Shown here piece by piece: positions 24,228 to 36,999 of a stretch of 64,000 nucleotides of DNA. The notes beneath the pieces were generated by a model. That model worked only from the letters and a program-made list of their open reading frames with translations. It did no database searches and had not been told where the DNA came from. Every line of letters starts with the position of its first letter. Position 1 is the first letter of the stretch. Source of the stretch: Octopus sinensis (Eukaryota); NCBI RefSeq assembly GCF_006345805.1, contig NW_021831284.1, positions 186,001 to 250,000 on the forward strand. The letters run 5' to 3'. Both the position numbers and the translations under genes were made by a program.

Positions 24228-25680
24228 TTAACAAGTTTTTATTCTTTGAAGTTTAATATTAATTACAATATTGACATTAAGTTAGGCTTCAAGGTCACGT
24301 CAGATATCACGCGGCCCATAGGTATCACGCAAACCATGTCACATAATATGTCTTTTGTTTTCTGAGATAGAGATTTTGTGGCATGGATGAGATATTTCTT
24401 GTATTTCGTAGAGGAATTGAAGTCCTCTCATCTCCAAATGGTCTTCGAACGGAAGGATACAAGATTCCCAATGGAGATGATCGATGGGAGTGGAGGCTAG
24501 GCAGCCAGTTATTGTGCGGAGGCCTGAGTTTTGGATTCTTTGTAGTTTTTGGCGATTTGATAGAGAAAGGTTCCATGACCAAGCCGGACTACCATAGTTC
24601 ATTGATGATCTGACAAATTGTCTGTAGACCAGTGCGAGGCATTCTGTGGCTTGGCCATAAGATTGTCCTGATAAGGCACATAATGCGTTCAGCTTGCGTT
24701 TGACTTTGGTGGAAATGAACTTTACATGTTGCGTAAAAGAAAGGCATTGATCGAATACGATACCAAGGATTTGTAGGTTTTTTACAACAGGAATTCTTTC
24801 ACCGGCCACATAGAGGGCTGGGTTTAAGTTGAATTGTCGTTTATCAGAGGTAAAAACAGTGATAGATGATTTGAATGCCGAAGGAGTCATATGGTTAGAT
24901 GTTAGCCATTTGGTTAGGGAGTCAAGTTGAGTTTGGAGTGAGTTAGTCGCTGTATTAATGATCTTGGAGTTTTTTGACCCGAATTTGGTCTGAGCCAGTC
25001 TACCAGATAAGAAACTACACAGCCATATTTTCAGACGATGAGGGATAGGAGAAGAGCAGATTTTTGAGCTTAGGACATGACGCGAAGTCCGGTCAAACGC
25101 TTTGCTGATATCAATCGATGCCAGAATTGTTCGTTGGGGAGGAGAGTAGTTGTTAAATCCGTCTGCAATGAATCTCGTTAGGGTAGATAGATGTGTTGTT
25201 GTTGAGTGCTGTGGTCGGAAACCATGTTGTGACTTTGAGAAAGTGAGGAAAGGGTAAATTGATTTCAGGACAAATTTTTTTAGGATTCAATTGTGCCCCC
25301 GTGATAAACTTTTAGTTTGTCTTTTTTAATATAAATAAATTTTATTTTTAACAAAAGTTTGTTTAATTACATAAATTTTTAATAAAAGCATGGCAAACTC
25401 GCACACTTGTTATTTTTATTTAGTGGTGCTTGTTTTTATTCCACTTTGTATTAATTTTTTTGTTTAATTGGATTCAGAAGGAATATTTCGTGATGCAGTT
25501 TCTTTTAATGATTAATTTATCTGAAATTTCATCATTTTTGACATATTTTTGATTTTATTCCTCTAATCTGCTTCCTTCACTTTTTTGAAATTTTTTTATT
25601 TTATTTGTTTAATCTGCCTTTTTTAAATCTTTTTTGAAATTTAGTTGATTGATTATCCCATGGAGAGATATGGTATAAAA

Positions 25681-26340
25681 TAAAGTATTATATATGCAGA
25701 TATAATATGGGAAAATCCTCCCGTAAATCGGTCAGTCTGTGCTGTTTCTTTAATCCCATTGTGGGCTAATGGCCTCACTCTGTGTTGTATAAATTCCATG
25801 ATAACTGGCAATCCTTATAAAAGAAAATACTGCATATATATCCAATTATGCGCCCTTATTCCGCCTGACCCGATTGTCGTAACGCGACATGTACAGTCTT
25901 CAATGGAGAAGGAATCTATTGCAGATGTATAGATTCCTGCATTATGCACACATAGAAAAATTAAATAACGAAGTAATAAAATAATGAAGATTAGAATCGA
26001 TACGCATTAAAAAAGCTGAAAAAGGCCGACAGAATTTATTCCAAGAATCGAGATTGTATAAACTAAAGTATTATATATGCAAATATACTATTGAAAATCC
26101 TCCAGTAAATCTATCAGTCAGTGCTGCATATTTAATGGAATTGTGGGCTAACTCAATAGCCTCACTCTGTGTTGTATGAATTCCACGATAACTGGCAATG
26201 ATTATTAAAGAAAATACTGCATATTGATCCAAGTACGCGCCTCTATTCCGCCCGACCCAATTGTCGTTACGCGGCATGTACACTCTACAATTGAGAAGGA
26301 ATCTATCGCAAATTGATAGATTCCTCCATTATGCACACAT
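25681..26340 (-). pseudogene. Two tandem fragments resembling a proteasome beta subunit C-terminal half, each with a 26-nt intron
   Basis: Units 25681-25952 and 26064-26340. Spliced VTTIGSGGIEARTWINMH|YRGIHTTQSEAIELAHNSIKYAALTDRFTGGFSIVY parallels beta-subunit GSG..EEA.EL...AI..A...D..SGG..VY. Introns at 25805-25830 and 26192-26217. The left copy is frameshifted. Confidence 0.55.
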
Positions 26341-27534
26341 AAGAGAATAACGGTCTAAAAATATAACAAAAACTCAAATATATCGATAATTGTCGCGGAA
26401 GTATAAAATTTGATAAGATTTTTTGTATGAAATCTTTCAGAAACATTGGGTATACATTCCAAGACCGTCTAGAAAACAAATTAATTCAAAAAATACGAAA
26501 AATAACGAGAAATTTCTTCCAGACCATAGGTATTAGACCTGAGTTTAGCGATGTTTTGAATATATCCGATAGTGCAATCAACCCATTTTGGCCAAGATTT
26601 TTCAGATGGTATATGCAAAGACCGTCGGGTCCACAAGCGTGAGAATTCTTAGCGTTTTTGATGAGTTGGCTTATTTCAGAAATCGATATTGTGATTTCTG
26701 GAGAGGGGAAGTTTTTGTCGAGTTTAAGTTTTCGGCAACGGTTGTCTTTATCCATCTTCGTGTGACTGATCTTCGCATAGTGAGAGTATTTGCTTGTTCT
26801 CTGAAAGATTTTGTTTGCCCTTTTTTGTTAAGGCCAGAGGCGTGTGAGGTTGTTTCGGCTAATTGTGATGTATGGATTCCTTTCAGAGCTCTCCAGAAAT
26901 GCGAGAGCTTGGTTCTGTAATCGAGAGAGGAGATAAATTCTGACCATTTATTTCTCTTAACCTTTGCGATCAACTGATTGATTTTCTCGTTGAGGACAGA
27001 CAATTCATGCACGTTTGTGCGGTTGTTCTTTTTCATTAAGCGTCTTTTTTGTATGAGATCTACTATTTCTCTGTTGAAGAATGGTTTAGCATTTTTGTGG
27101 AATCCTTTTGGCACATACTTATTATCAGCCGCCAATAGTGTCGATGTGAAGAATCGAATAGCGGAGTCAAGTGAGTTATGGCCTTCTACAGAGAAGCTTT
27201 CGAAGGCGGCTTCTGTATCTTGACGATAGGCGGCCCAATTTGTCCGGTTGTAATTGATGATAGTTTTTCGGAAAAAGCTCGATATGAGGGTCGTGTGATA
27301 TCAGTTGGCGAGTAGAATAGGAAGAGTCAGTGAATGGGATAGATTTGTAGATGAGAGTCATTAGTCCACCACCACTTGATCCATTATGGCGGTCAGCTCG
27401 GATTATTGAGTAGTTTTTGAATTTTGGAGTTGGTTTACATGGAGAGAGCCTCGTCTCTTGGAACAGTGCAATGTCAATACTGTGTGTTAAGAGGAATGAG
27501 TTCACTTCGAAGGATTTTCGAGAGAATCCAGAAA

Positions 27535-29230
27535 AAAAAGACAATCAGCTTTGTTCAGAAGATCGGGCCTCGGTTTTCTACATTCACAGATGACGCCCGC
27601 GGATCAAGATGATTTTTTGAGTGGATATCCCTTGAGTACGTACTAACTCTTTCTTGATCGCATCAACCTCTCACACAGCGAACTAGACACGGACGAATAA
27701 TATTCTTACATTTTCAATTGATAAACTTAAAAAGCTAATGAGATCATCCGTCTTCAGACTGGCGGTGACCCTTCCACTTCTTTTTACGATAACAATTGAT
27801 GAGTTAGCTCGACTTGCTGTCTTCTTTCAATCTGTGTTGTCTGGATGATGCCACATTAGGATGTTAAACAGATCGTTCCAGTTCTGGCTGCCTTTGGCCT
27901 CTCGGTCACGCAACAAAGACCGAGGTCATTAATGTCTCCTGTTCTGAGGCAGACTTTTAATCCGCTGTGTCTCGCCTCAGAGCAACCTTGCCTGGCGCCA
28001 ACGTTACTCCAATCAATGCCGTCACTTTTCTCGGCGGCTCCCTCTCGACCCAAAGCTCCTATGCATGTTATGTGCCAAAACCAAATACTTTCAAAGATTT
28101 TCAATCAATCATTCTATCCCGGACTCACACAGTGCCTTTTTCCTCCTGAGGAACATCATCCATCTGCGGAAACTTATTTTCACTCTCAAAAGCAATTCTT
28201 GTTTCTTGTAAATGGATCTACTCCATGTATTTGACGTCATTCTGAAAAAAGCCAATAAATCCGTCCTCGATGATCGGTATGGACCTAATGCTCGCTCCCG
28301 CTGAGTTTCGGAGGTGCAGGAATTCGTATTGCATTCGATTTTGCACTCCTGGCATATATATCTTCCCTTTCGTATTGCAACAACCTGGCCTCGGAGACCC
28401 TACACAAACCTTTCGGATCTTGCTTGGACGGTGCTTTGTCGGATGGGCTTGTTACCTGGGATCGCTGCTTTTCTGAGAGGTTTGGAGATTTCTCCTTCTA
28501 ACGTGCCTGGAACTTATCTCATGCCGAGCCTGTGTGTCTGAGCTTTCTCTAAACTATGACCAACACCGCCTGGCTTGCTTCCGTGCAGCATCAGTCCCTC
28601 ACTAGGCAGCTGGTTGAGTGCTTTTCTCTCTTTAGTATTGGGACGTGGTTAGATGATGTTTCCATGCGGATTGGAGTTTCTCACCGACTCGGCTTGGACG
28701 TTTGTGCTAAAAAAAGGCACTGCACCCACTGTCTTGCAAAATGAGTGCAGGCAGAGTACACAGACACAAGGCCCTCAACAAACTCGTAAAGGTCGATCTC
28801 AAGTCAGCGAGCCATTTGTGCCTCCTCGAACCGGTCGGACTCGATCGAGGGGACGTCAAAGGCCCGACGGGATGATAATATTCTCTTATTCGTACGGGAG
28901 AGCCCTCCTGTAAGATGTAACTGTTGTTGATACGTTTTCAAAGTAGGTCTCTTCCGCTGCGAACCCTCGTCCGGCAGCAAACCACGTCGAAAAGATAAAA
29001 TTGGAAAACTATTCAGCCCTGGTGGAACGCTACAGTTTTTTACCAATTGTCCTGGAGACCGCTGAAGCTGCGGGAAAGGACACTCATTTGTTCCTTAACG
29101 AGATGGCGTTGTCGAAGGAGGCGTAAGGATCCGAAAGAGAGCTACTGGTTCCGCCAGTGCATCTGCCTGGCCATCGTTCGCGGCAACGCACACTGCGTCC
29201 TTACCGCTGACATATAACTTACTTCTTTTC
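27535..29230 (+). mobile_element. CRE-clade retrotransposons: a short 3' tip plus a longer decayed RT-REL copy
   Basis: ISFVQKIG..DARGSR*FFEWISL at 27540-27660; then GGDP, CCLDDAT, FGL..TQQKTE, LDDVSMRIGVSHRLGL, RPDG, FLPIVLET, LAIVRGN. Confidence 0.8.
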
Positions 29231-29499
29231 TCTTTAACAAAAATTGGAAAAAAATTATAATCTCTAATAATAGGAGCGCTACCGCGAGAAGAATTATCTG
29301 AAAGGAACGTAATCATCCCGTCAGAACGTTTAAATGATTTATTTGACATATTTCATTAAATTTGAATAATGGTTCTTTTGCTCTAATATATATTTATGTT
29401 ATAGCACGAGCTTTCAAATGAAATTCTCGCGAAATATTATTATTAATGAAATTCTTCCGAAATTAAGAAGTTATAAAGATACCACTTTTGCCATACGAT

Positions 29500-30090
29500 T
29501 CGAGATACGTTTTAATACGTTCTGTTAGTCGTTTTTAGCCTCCCCTGTTTCGTGCAAGATTTCTCAGATCATCTACCGATTTCAGTTTTCTTCCAATCAA
29601 CTTGAGTTCATGGTCAAGCGAGGTCGTCAATGTTATTCTTTGTCGGCTACGATATGTTATAAGCACAAGTAAAATTCCATGGCCTGATTGGCTGGCGTCA
29701 TTTGCGAGGCTCTTAAAATATGTCCAAAGAGTAGTCACTTCTTGGAAACCCTCATTTGTCAAAGGACTGGTCTTTGGTAATAAACCAAGACAAAACAAAA
29801 AGAACTACTATATGACAAGTAGATAATATGCAAGAAAGTTTGATTTCTCTTTGGGAACTCAGAGGACGTTATTTGAATGAAAGTCCCGGCTGTTTCCTCT
29901 TTCAAAATAATGTGGAAGATCTGGATGAGACGCAAGTACATGGGAACCCACCTTCGAATTCGACTGTAAAACTCCTTTGTCAAAACAATCCTATTCTACA
30001 ACGCGGAGACATGGGATCTAGCAGCTAAAGAACCAAAACAGCTCAACTCTTTCCACAGAAAACAGTTAAGACTACTTCAAGAAATTCGAC
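29500..30090 (+). mobile_element. RTE-clade RT C-terminal fragment
   Basis: LVINQDKTK, NSFVKTILFYNAETW..LNSFHRKQLR. Confidence 0.7.
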
Positions 30091-30660
30091 AGAACAAGTG
30101 ATGGACGGAGATCGTATTAAAGTTACACACGTTGTCAGGGACTTCTTTCTGGTTTTTTCTCATGTAATACCGTCAAAGGCAGGATTGATCTCCGCAAAGT
30201 CTTGGAGAATCACATGTTTCTTTCTTGGCAATAATGATTCATCGATTTCCGGGGTGGTACTTGAGGTATTTTGTTCAGTAAGAGTCTCCGGGTGGTCCTC
30301 ATAGAAATAAAGTCGTGTATTAATGGCGATATTTTTTTCTCTGTTTTCCAAGATGATTTTCGCCAGAGTTCTTTCCAGATCAACACAGGTAGCACGTATT
30401 TTTCTTTTGTTTGCGGATTTGCGAAGATTGTGTGCCGGGTGGTAAACAGGCTATGAGTCATCCAAAAATTTGAGCCCGCGCATTTCAAAATTGTCAGCAA
30501 ATGGCAGGATTTTTGTTTCCAAATAGAAGTGATCAATAGGGAAGATCTTAAACATCCGGTTATCGTTTTAAGCCCAGTATTCTGGCCTCGTTGTAAGTTC
30601 TCAAGAAATGTAGACAAAATCAGCCAGGGGCTACAATAGTTCATTGTTGTTTGAATGAAA
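30090..30660 (-). mobile_element. APE-RT family post-RT fragment (related to 24339-24890)
   Basis: LQRGQNTGLKTITGCL..PIDH..ETKILPF..LEMRGL. Confidence 0.8.
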
Positions 30661-30789
30661 AAAAATCTATATTATATAACAAAATTAATTAGTTTATCTA
30701 AATTTAATTATTCTTTTGTCCATTCTTCTGTTATAATATCGCCCTCTCAGTTTCTCATAAATTTTTATTCTACTCATATAGACTTTTTG

Positions 30790-30907
30790 GAGTACGATCA
30801 TACTTAGTCGTAAATACCCGTTCCCATCCGAACACGGCAGTTAAGCGATTACAGGCTGTTCTAGTACTTGGCTGGGTGACCGCCTGGGAACAAACAGTGT
30901 CGTACAA
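30790..30907 (+). rRNA. 5S: 5S rRNA gene
   Basis: gtacgatcatac..ccgttcccatccgaacacggcagttaagc..tagtacttggctgggtgaccgcctgggaac..gtcgtac; about 118 nt, terminal helix gtacgat/gtcgtac, followed by TTTT. Confidence 0.9.
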
Positions 30908-32109
30908 TTTTATTTGTCTATGTTGGTTATTTTCATATGGTGGCAAATGTTACCTTTTTGGGTTACCGGCGACCCGTGTGAGTACCGGTATTTAATCGAA
31001 CGAATATCTATAGCATAGTCAGAGGCAATACTCTGGCTATCTGCCAATGACGATTTTTCTCTTGTCCTTTCTTTATAAATAAATTAATTTCCTTTAAAAA
31101 AATCGTATAAACTCAGTTTTTTTCAATTTCAGTGTCTCTCATTTTTTTGTTTGTTAATGCGAAAATGCATAAAAAAGTCCGTGCGTGTACTGCATGTTTA
31201 TTTTATTTCAAACTTGTTTGTCAAAAGCTAATTCAAACCTGATAACTGATGCATCAGTATACTTCGCATAAATCAATGGTTCAAGAGATAAAGGATCATT
31301 GTAGTTAGTTTCAATTTCTAAATATTGTAGTTAATTTCTAAAAAAAAAAATGTAGCCGGCTGTCCAAACTAAACTCCTGGAAATATGCCCATAATCTATA
31401 TTTAATCGACAGACGTTTCATCTGCGCTTTGGATTTTTGCTTCGAACATTATCAAAGGTTTTAGGGCACTTCGGGATTTGCTTTCGCTTGAAACTACTGC
31501 TTTCAAAAGAACCCCGATTAAGTTTCAATAATATGAGGCCATAAGCATTTGGATCCCGCCTAAGGTGGTTAATGGGATAAATAACTTGCTCGAGCATCCG
31601 ATTAGCTCATTCCAAAAAATTATCATCCTGGAAACTCTTCAGAAAAAATCAGTACATTTGCAGGCGAATTTGCATGTTTGGTTTTTCTAACCACGCTTTT
31701 TTTCCTGAATAACTTGTTACCAATTTTCAGACTAGTTTATATATTTTGTCATTAACCGTGCTATCGAACCGGCGATCGTCCTTTAGCCATCGATGATACA
31801 ATAATGGATTTGATCTGATTAATCTTAAACACCAAATTCATGGGTGGCAATCTGGTCCGTGTCTGTCCGCTTCTGCAAAAACTTGGCTCTGCCGTGTTAC
31901 CTTTTTTCTTTTTTGTTATCTACGGATTTTTTGAGTTTGGTTCTATTACACTCATTAGATTTCAAAAAAGATATTTAAAAAAATCAATATGATTTTATTT
32001 TAGATAGCTGGTGAAATCTTTTATGATTATGAGGATTCCAAACCACGTCTCAGTGTCTAATTAAATTTATTTCTATATCAAGTGACCCAGCTCATCAAAA
32101 GATAGCTTG

Positions 32110-32240
32110 TTCAGAATGGATTAATGTGCACATTTTAGCATTTACTGCGTTTCTTTGCAAGAATATGAGTGAAGCAGACAAACAAATACCCTTTATTATT
32201 GGAAAGTATCAGAAACCTCGTTGCTTTAAAATTTTCTGTA
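32110..32240 (+). mobile_element. pogo/Tigger DDE fragment
   Basis: FLCKNMSEADKQIPFIIGKYQKPRCFK. Confidence 0.6.
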
Positions 32241-32734
32241 GTTAATAAAAATGACGTTTATGTTTTTACTCTTCATTTTATTTATTTAAACTAAAAAATG
32301 AAGTATGTCTTGAATCCCTCGATTTGTGCATATAATTTTCTCACCCGAAATCCACGCCTTTTCATAAATTTGAGTAAAACCTATAAAAGTTTTTGAAACT
32401 TTAGCTCTTTGAATTGTTCCAGAATTGATTCAAAACTCTTTAAAATGACGATAACTGCAAATGTTCAATTTAAACAAAAAAATTTTATTGGGAATTCTTT
32501 GATTATAAGTTGTTGTCATCCTTATAACGCAATATTTACACTTTTAGTTAAATACTGAGTCCAGCATTGACCACTAGAATCGCAAGAAGGCATAGTACTA
32601 AAAAATAGTTTTGTTGTTTTAATTTATAGTAATTTTCTTAAAGACTAACAAATAATAGCAAATTTCGGAATTGGCAAATTTCTAATAAAATCAGAAAATT
32701 TCGTAAAAAATTGGTAACCGAAGGGCATTCCAGC

Positions 32735-32960
32735 TCAACTGGACTTTTTCAAAGATGGAAAACGCCCAGATGGAGTAACTTTTTTCCCTTTCTTGAAGGA
32801 TAAATGTCTAGCATGGGACTGTGCATATACCGACACTTTTTCGCAGTCTAATCTCGTTAACTCGGTCTCTGATTCGGGGTCAGCAGCAAAAGCATACGAA
32901 AAGGCATAACTAATTAAATACCAAAAACTTAACAAAGACTTTATTGTCCAGCCGATAGTC
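32735..32960 (-). mobile_element. CRE-clade 3' fragment (rearranged)
   Basis: On plus: KDGKRPDGVTFFPFLKDKCLAWDCAYTDT and SGSAAKAYEKA*LIKYQ. The CRE sense therefore appears to be on plus, and the minus-strand ORF call is a shadow. Confidence 0.6.
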
Positions 32961-35032
32961 TTGGTTTTAGCTTCTTTCAATGTCGGTCATTAAGAGAACA
33001 GCTAAGCAATTCTATCCGCTGGAGCAGTATGACCTTTTTTCTTCTTCTGTTTTAAATTTAAATCAAAAACCTTCAAAAAAGTTTACTGTATATTGTTATT
33101 TGTTTCATATTTTAACAATAAGAAAATATTTCGATTTTTAGTATTTCACATCTAGACGTAGAATTAAATAATGAAAAACTCGTTGAAAGTAATAGCTGTG
33201 AACTACTTTAGTTAATTTCATTGTAAATGACTTTTTGGTAGTTAATGGGAAGTTTCTTGAGTGTTTCCATTATAGGGGATCGTGAAATAGGCATTTCGTG
33301 TTATTTTGAAAAAATAAATAATTAAAAAGTATATTAAATGTTTTCGATTGACATGGAACAAGTACATAGAAATAATTATATATTATACAAGTATAGCAAT
33401 TTGCTCAGCATGGTTCCAATTTTGATAGCAATCTCAAGTATTTACATTAAAACAAAATTCACCTGAAAAGTATCAATTATGTTTAATAAACAATTTAAAT
33501 GTATTAAAAATTATGAATATTTTAGTGGAACAACCTTCTTGACACTTATTTAATTTCCACTTCGAAAATGAATAAATTAATTCAATAAAATCTCTAGTCA
33601 AAAACAATAGATTTGTTTCAATAATAAACCTGACATGTCTCAAAAAAATAAAATGTGTTTAATTAATCATAAAATTAAATTAAATTTAAAGAATACAACT
33701 ACGACAGTTTATAAGAATTATAAAGAAAGTTGTGGTTAATGAAAACTTGTTTCTATTTATCAAAATACATGTTTGTTCCTATAAGATTTCTAATTAATTT
33801 TCCTTATGAAAAAAATAGAATTTTTTCATGATAATATTTTTCAAGATCTTAAAATGATTTATAAATCACGTGCTGTTCTCAATAAAACTACATCCGGTAA
33901 TGTCTTTTTTTAATTTGTAGATTTCCTGTTTTCAATAATTGAGCGGAAACCTTTAATCATAATTTTAATGTCATGTCTATTTGACAGTAGTCCAGATAAG
34001 TAAGAAAGTCATTCGATTTGCTATTTAAAAAGCTATATTAAAGCACCAGAAAATGAAATGGATTTCAAATTATGAAGAAAAAATTATTTCTATTGTTCTT
34101 ATTGAACTGATTTTATAATTATGTCAACTTGTTTAAATTACGGATGAGTTCATTGTTTTCTTAGATAATTTTGTTAAAAACAATGAGCTGATATCATTAG
34201 ATAAATGTAGATCGAACGAATATCATTGTAAAGAATACCACAATAGTTATATTTTAGGTTAAACTTGATTTTTTATTAAAATTAAAGATTCAAATTCTTC
34301 CCAGACTATATTATATCTCCCATGAGAACAAAAATATGCAGGTATTTAAATTAAATCTATTTTATATTGATTTGATGTACAAAAGTATATTTAAAAAACA
34401 TCAAACTCAATGATAGCTAGTATTAATGAGAAACTTTTTTGATAAAAACTATAATATCTAAAATATTCTAGATTTAAGATAAAAAATTATACTTTTCCCA
34501 GACGTCGCGCTAACTCCGCAAAGATATAATACATAATTTTTAACGTTAATCTGCACTATTTCTAGATTTAATCATTGCACAGTAAGATTCAATTGTTTTT
34601 ATGTACCTTGCTGATTTCCCGTTTAAGTTCTCATTCGAAATAAGTTAGTGTAAATATGATTTGGCAGAGCAGCAGGGGTTTGCATCAATGTTTATATAAC
34701 GATTCATTAGTTTATGCACAGCTAGATTCTATTTTATTAAAAATTAGGCGATATTATCTTTTTGCTCTGCAAATATGACTTTTAAGACTTATAAGTATTT
34801 TCATAGTTAAGTAGAGTGTGTGTTTATAATGTCGCGTCGTTTGATATAGACTTTTTATGATTTTAAAGTACCAATAATTTGAAGAACACCTAAAAAGATA
34901 AAGACTAGCCGCATTAAAATTACCTAAAGTAGTATACTGATTATTGAGTGCGTTTCCTATAACCGGAAAAGGGCAATCTTGATTTAGTTTTTATTTTTTT
35001 AATTTGGCTAATGACTATAGAATTCAGGAAAT

Positions 35033-36082
35033 ATGGAAAAATCTGATTTTTCAAACTCGAAAATACATGATTTTTACGAAGTGAATGGTAACGAAAATAT
35101 AGTTCCTTATATACACAAACAACATTTTATTGAACCATATGGTCTCTCTAGAGACCATTATCTTATTCCCGACTTTCATGCTAAGTATGACTATGAGCAT
35201 ATGCACTCATATCAACCTTATGTATCTTCGTGCTCATTTATCGAAAATACATTCCAACAGCATCCATATCAGTATATTGAACCAGCGGGTTGCACTAATT
35301 TAACCCCAACATATTTAAACACAAATTATGATAGAAATATAAACTATCAAAATTACACAAATCCTACATTTTCAAATCAATTTGTAATGAATTCAAATCA
35401 ATATGTTTGTAAGTGGCAAACAGAACATGATGAAAATATTTATTCCAAAAATATTTGCGGGAAAATTTTTATATCACTTAATGATTTTGTTCATCATATT
35501 ACCGCAGATCATGTTGGTGGTTCAGATAGAACAGAGCATTGTTGTATGTGGCTTGACTGTACTCGAACATGCAAACCATTTAAAGCCAAATACAAGCTCG
35601 TTAACCATATTCGGGTTCACACCGGCGAGAAACCGTTTGTTTGTAATAGTTGTGGAAAGTTTTTCGCTCGGTCTGAAAATTTAAAAATCCATCAGCGAAC
35701 TCATACAGGTGAATTTTTTTTCAATATTGATTTAGGAGAAAAACCTTTTATTTGTACATTTGATGGGTGTAATCGACGTTTTGCAAACAGTTCAGACAGG
35801 AAAAAACATTCACATGTTCACACAACCGACAGACCATATTTTTGCAAATATAAAGAATGCAAGAAAAGTTATACTCATCCAAGTTCTCTCCGAAAACATT
35901 TGCGAATGCACGAAGAAACCGAAATGATTGAGTACCAAACAAACAAAACGAACGTAAACAGAAAAGACGCAAAATCTAAATTTTATGATTCAATTTCTAA
36001 CGGATCACAAAATGATTCTGAAAATTCTTGTTTAACAATTAATGGATCAAACACATGTAACATATATAATCGAAATTTTTGA
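35033..36082 (+). CDS. Zic: Zic/odd-paired five-C2H2 zinc-finger transcription factor, 340 aa after splicing
   Basis: [60 protein letters not shown]. In-frame 27-nt GT-AG intron at 35709-35735 (HTG|EKPF) read through by the ORF track as EFFFNIDLG. Confidence 0.97.
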   Translation: MEKSDFSNSKIHDFYEVNGNENIVPYIHKQHFIEPYGLSRDHYLIPDFHAKYDYEHMHSYQPYVSSCSFIENTFQQHPYQYIEPAGCTNLTPTYLNTNYDRNINYQNYTNPTFSNQFVMNSNQYVCKWQTEHDENIYSKNICGKIFISLNDFVHHITADHVGGSDRTEHCCMWLDCTRTCKPFKAKYKLVNHIRVHTGEKPFVCNSCGKFFARSENLKIHQRTHTGEFFFNIDLGEKPFICTFDGCNRRFANSSDRKKHSHVHTTDRPYFCKYKECKKSYTHPSSLRKHLRMHEETEMIEYQTNKTNVNRKDAKSKFYDSISNGSQNDSENSCLTINGSNTCNIYNRNF

Positions 36083-36616
36083 ATATATATGTTGATTTGA
36101 AAGATTTAATTAGTAAATTAATAACTATAAAACAAATATACAGTGGGTCAAATTAGTCCTGGGACACTTGTTTATTCGTAATAAAATTTTATTTTCTGTA
36201 ACATAGCTGTTTTTATTTAAGTTTTTCCAAAAGTATAAAAGTGCACCTAGTTTTTTTACAGCATAGATCATTTAAAAATTACAAAATTAGTTCAATTTAT
36301 AGAAAAATTTTTCATTTATATTTAAGAGCTGGAAAAACAATTTATTGCTGATTTCAATGACATAATCAGTTTAAAAATTGAGGCAGGAAAAAATTATCAG
36401 AATAAAATTAATGCAATCACCTATAAAACTGCTGCGACATTAACATTCTTGCGACTTGGGGAAATGTTAAGAAAATTGAATAGAAAACATTAAATTTCTG
36501 ATTTTTATGTATATAAAAAAATATTAAATCTATATTTTAAGTTTAAATTTAAAATTATAATAGTTTATTTCTATAACCAATGTAATAATTCTTATAAAAA
36601 GAATGAGGAGAAAAAT

Positions 36617-36761
36617 GTATGATCATACAAGTCGTAAATACCGTAAACATCCGAACACGACATTTAAGCAATTACAGGCTGTATCGATTTTGGACACCTC
36701 ATAGTGGCAAATGTTAGATTTTCGTCGGATTAACTCTCCCTGGGAACAAACACTGTCGTAT
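36617..36761 (+). pseudogene. 5S rRNA pseudogene with replaced box-C region
   Basis: The 5' half and the 3' cctgggaacaaac..gtcgta match 30790-30907, but 36698-36735 is foreign to 5S. Confidence 0.85.
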
Positions 36762-36999
36762 GTTTATTAATTTATTGATTTTGGTAACCTTCTCATTATG
36801 GTAAATGTTAAATTTTCGTCAGATTAACTACCAAAAGACCCACAATCCCCTCTGTCAGATCGGATATCTTCCGTGATTTCGGGGGTATTAGAACAGTCCC
36901 GATTTCTTTGCTCCCATGAATTTTTCTTTCGTAAACCGAACTCGCCTTTTTCCTTCCCTACGACATCGAATAAAATCATGCTTCTGGAGTAAAAAACCT

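Larger units (their letters stand above)
20081..24343 (+). mobile_element. Ginger2/TDD-like DNA transposon (element A)
   Basis: 56-bp TIRs TGTGACATGG..CCTTGAA at 20081-20136 and 24288-24343 (5 mismatches). 5-bp TSD taata at 20076-20080 and 24344-24348. Confidence 0.9.
19681..27530 (-). mobile_element. Near full-length APE-RT non-LTR retrotransposon with (TAAC)n tail, split by nested insertions
   Basis: APE IDIALFQETRL..RADR..GGGL at 27176-27530; GPDGL at about 26620; QHGFRPQHST and IDISKAFD at 25090-25240; C-terminus RDLWERP; gttagttagttagtta tail at 19681-19697. The coding sequence joins across the Ginger TSD (KRHI|ITTLADQ). Confidence 0.9.

Noticed and set aside
33930-34400. Possible micro-intron gene upstream of Zic
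   Set aside because: GT-AG pairs are present, but I could not build a stop-free chain or recognise a domain.
22760-35035. AG acceptors just upstream of several start codons as trans-splice sites
   Set aside because: AG near ATG is frequent by chance and cannot be tested without 5' transcript ends.
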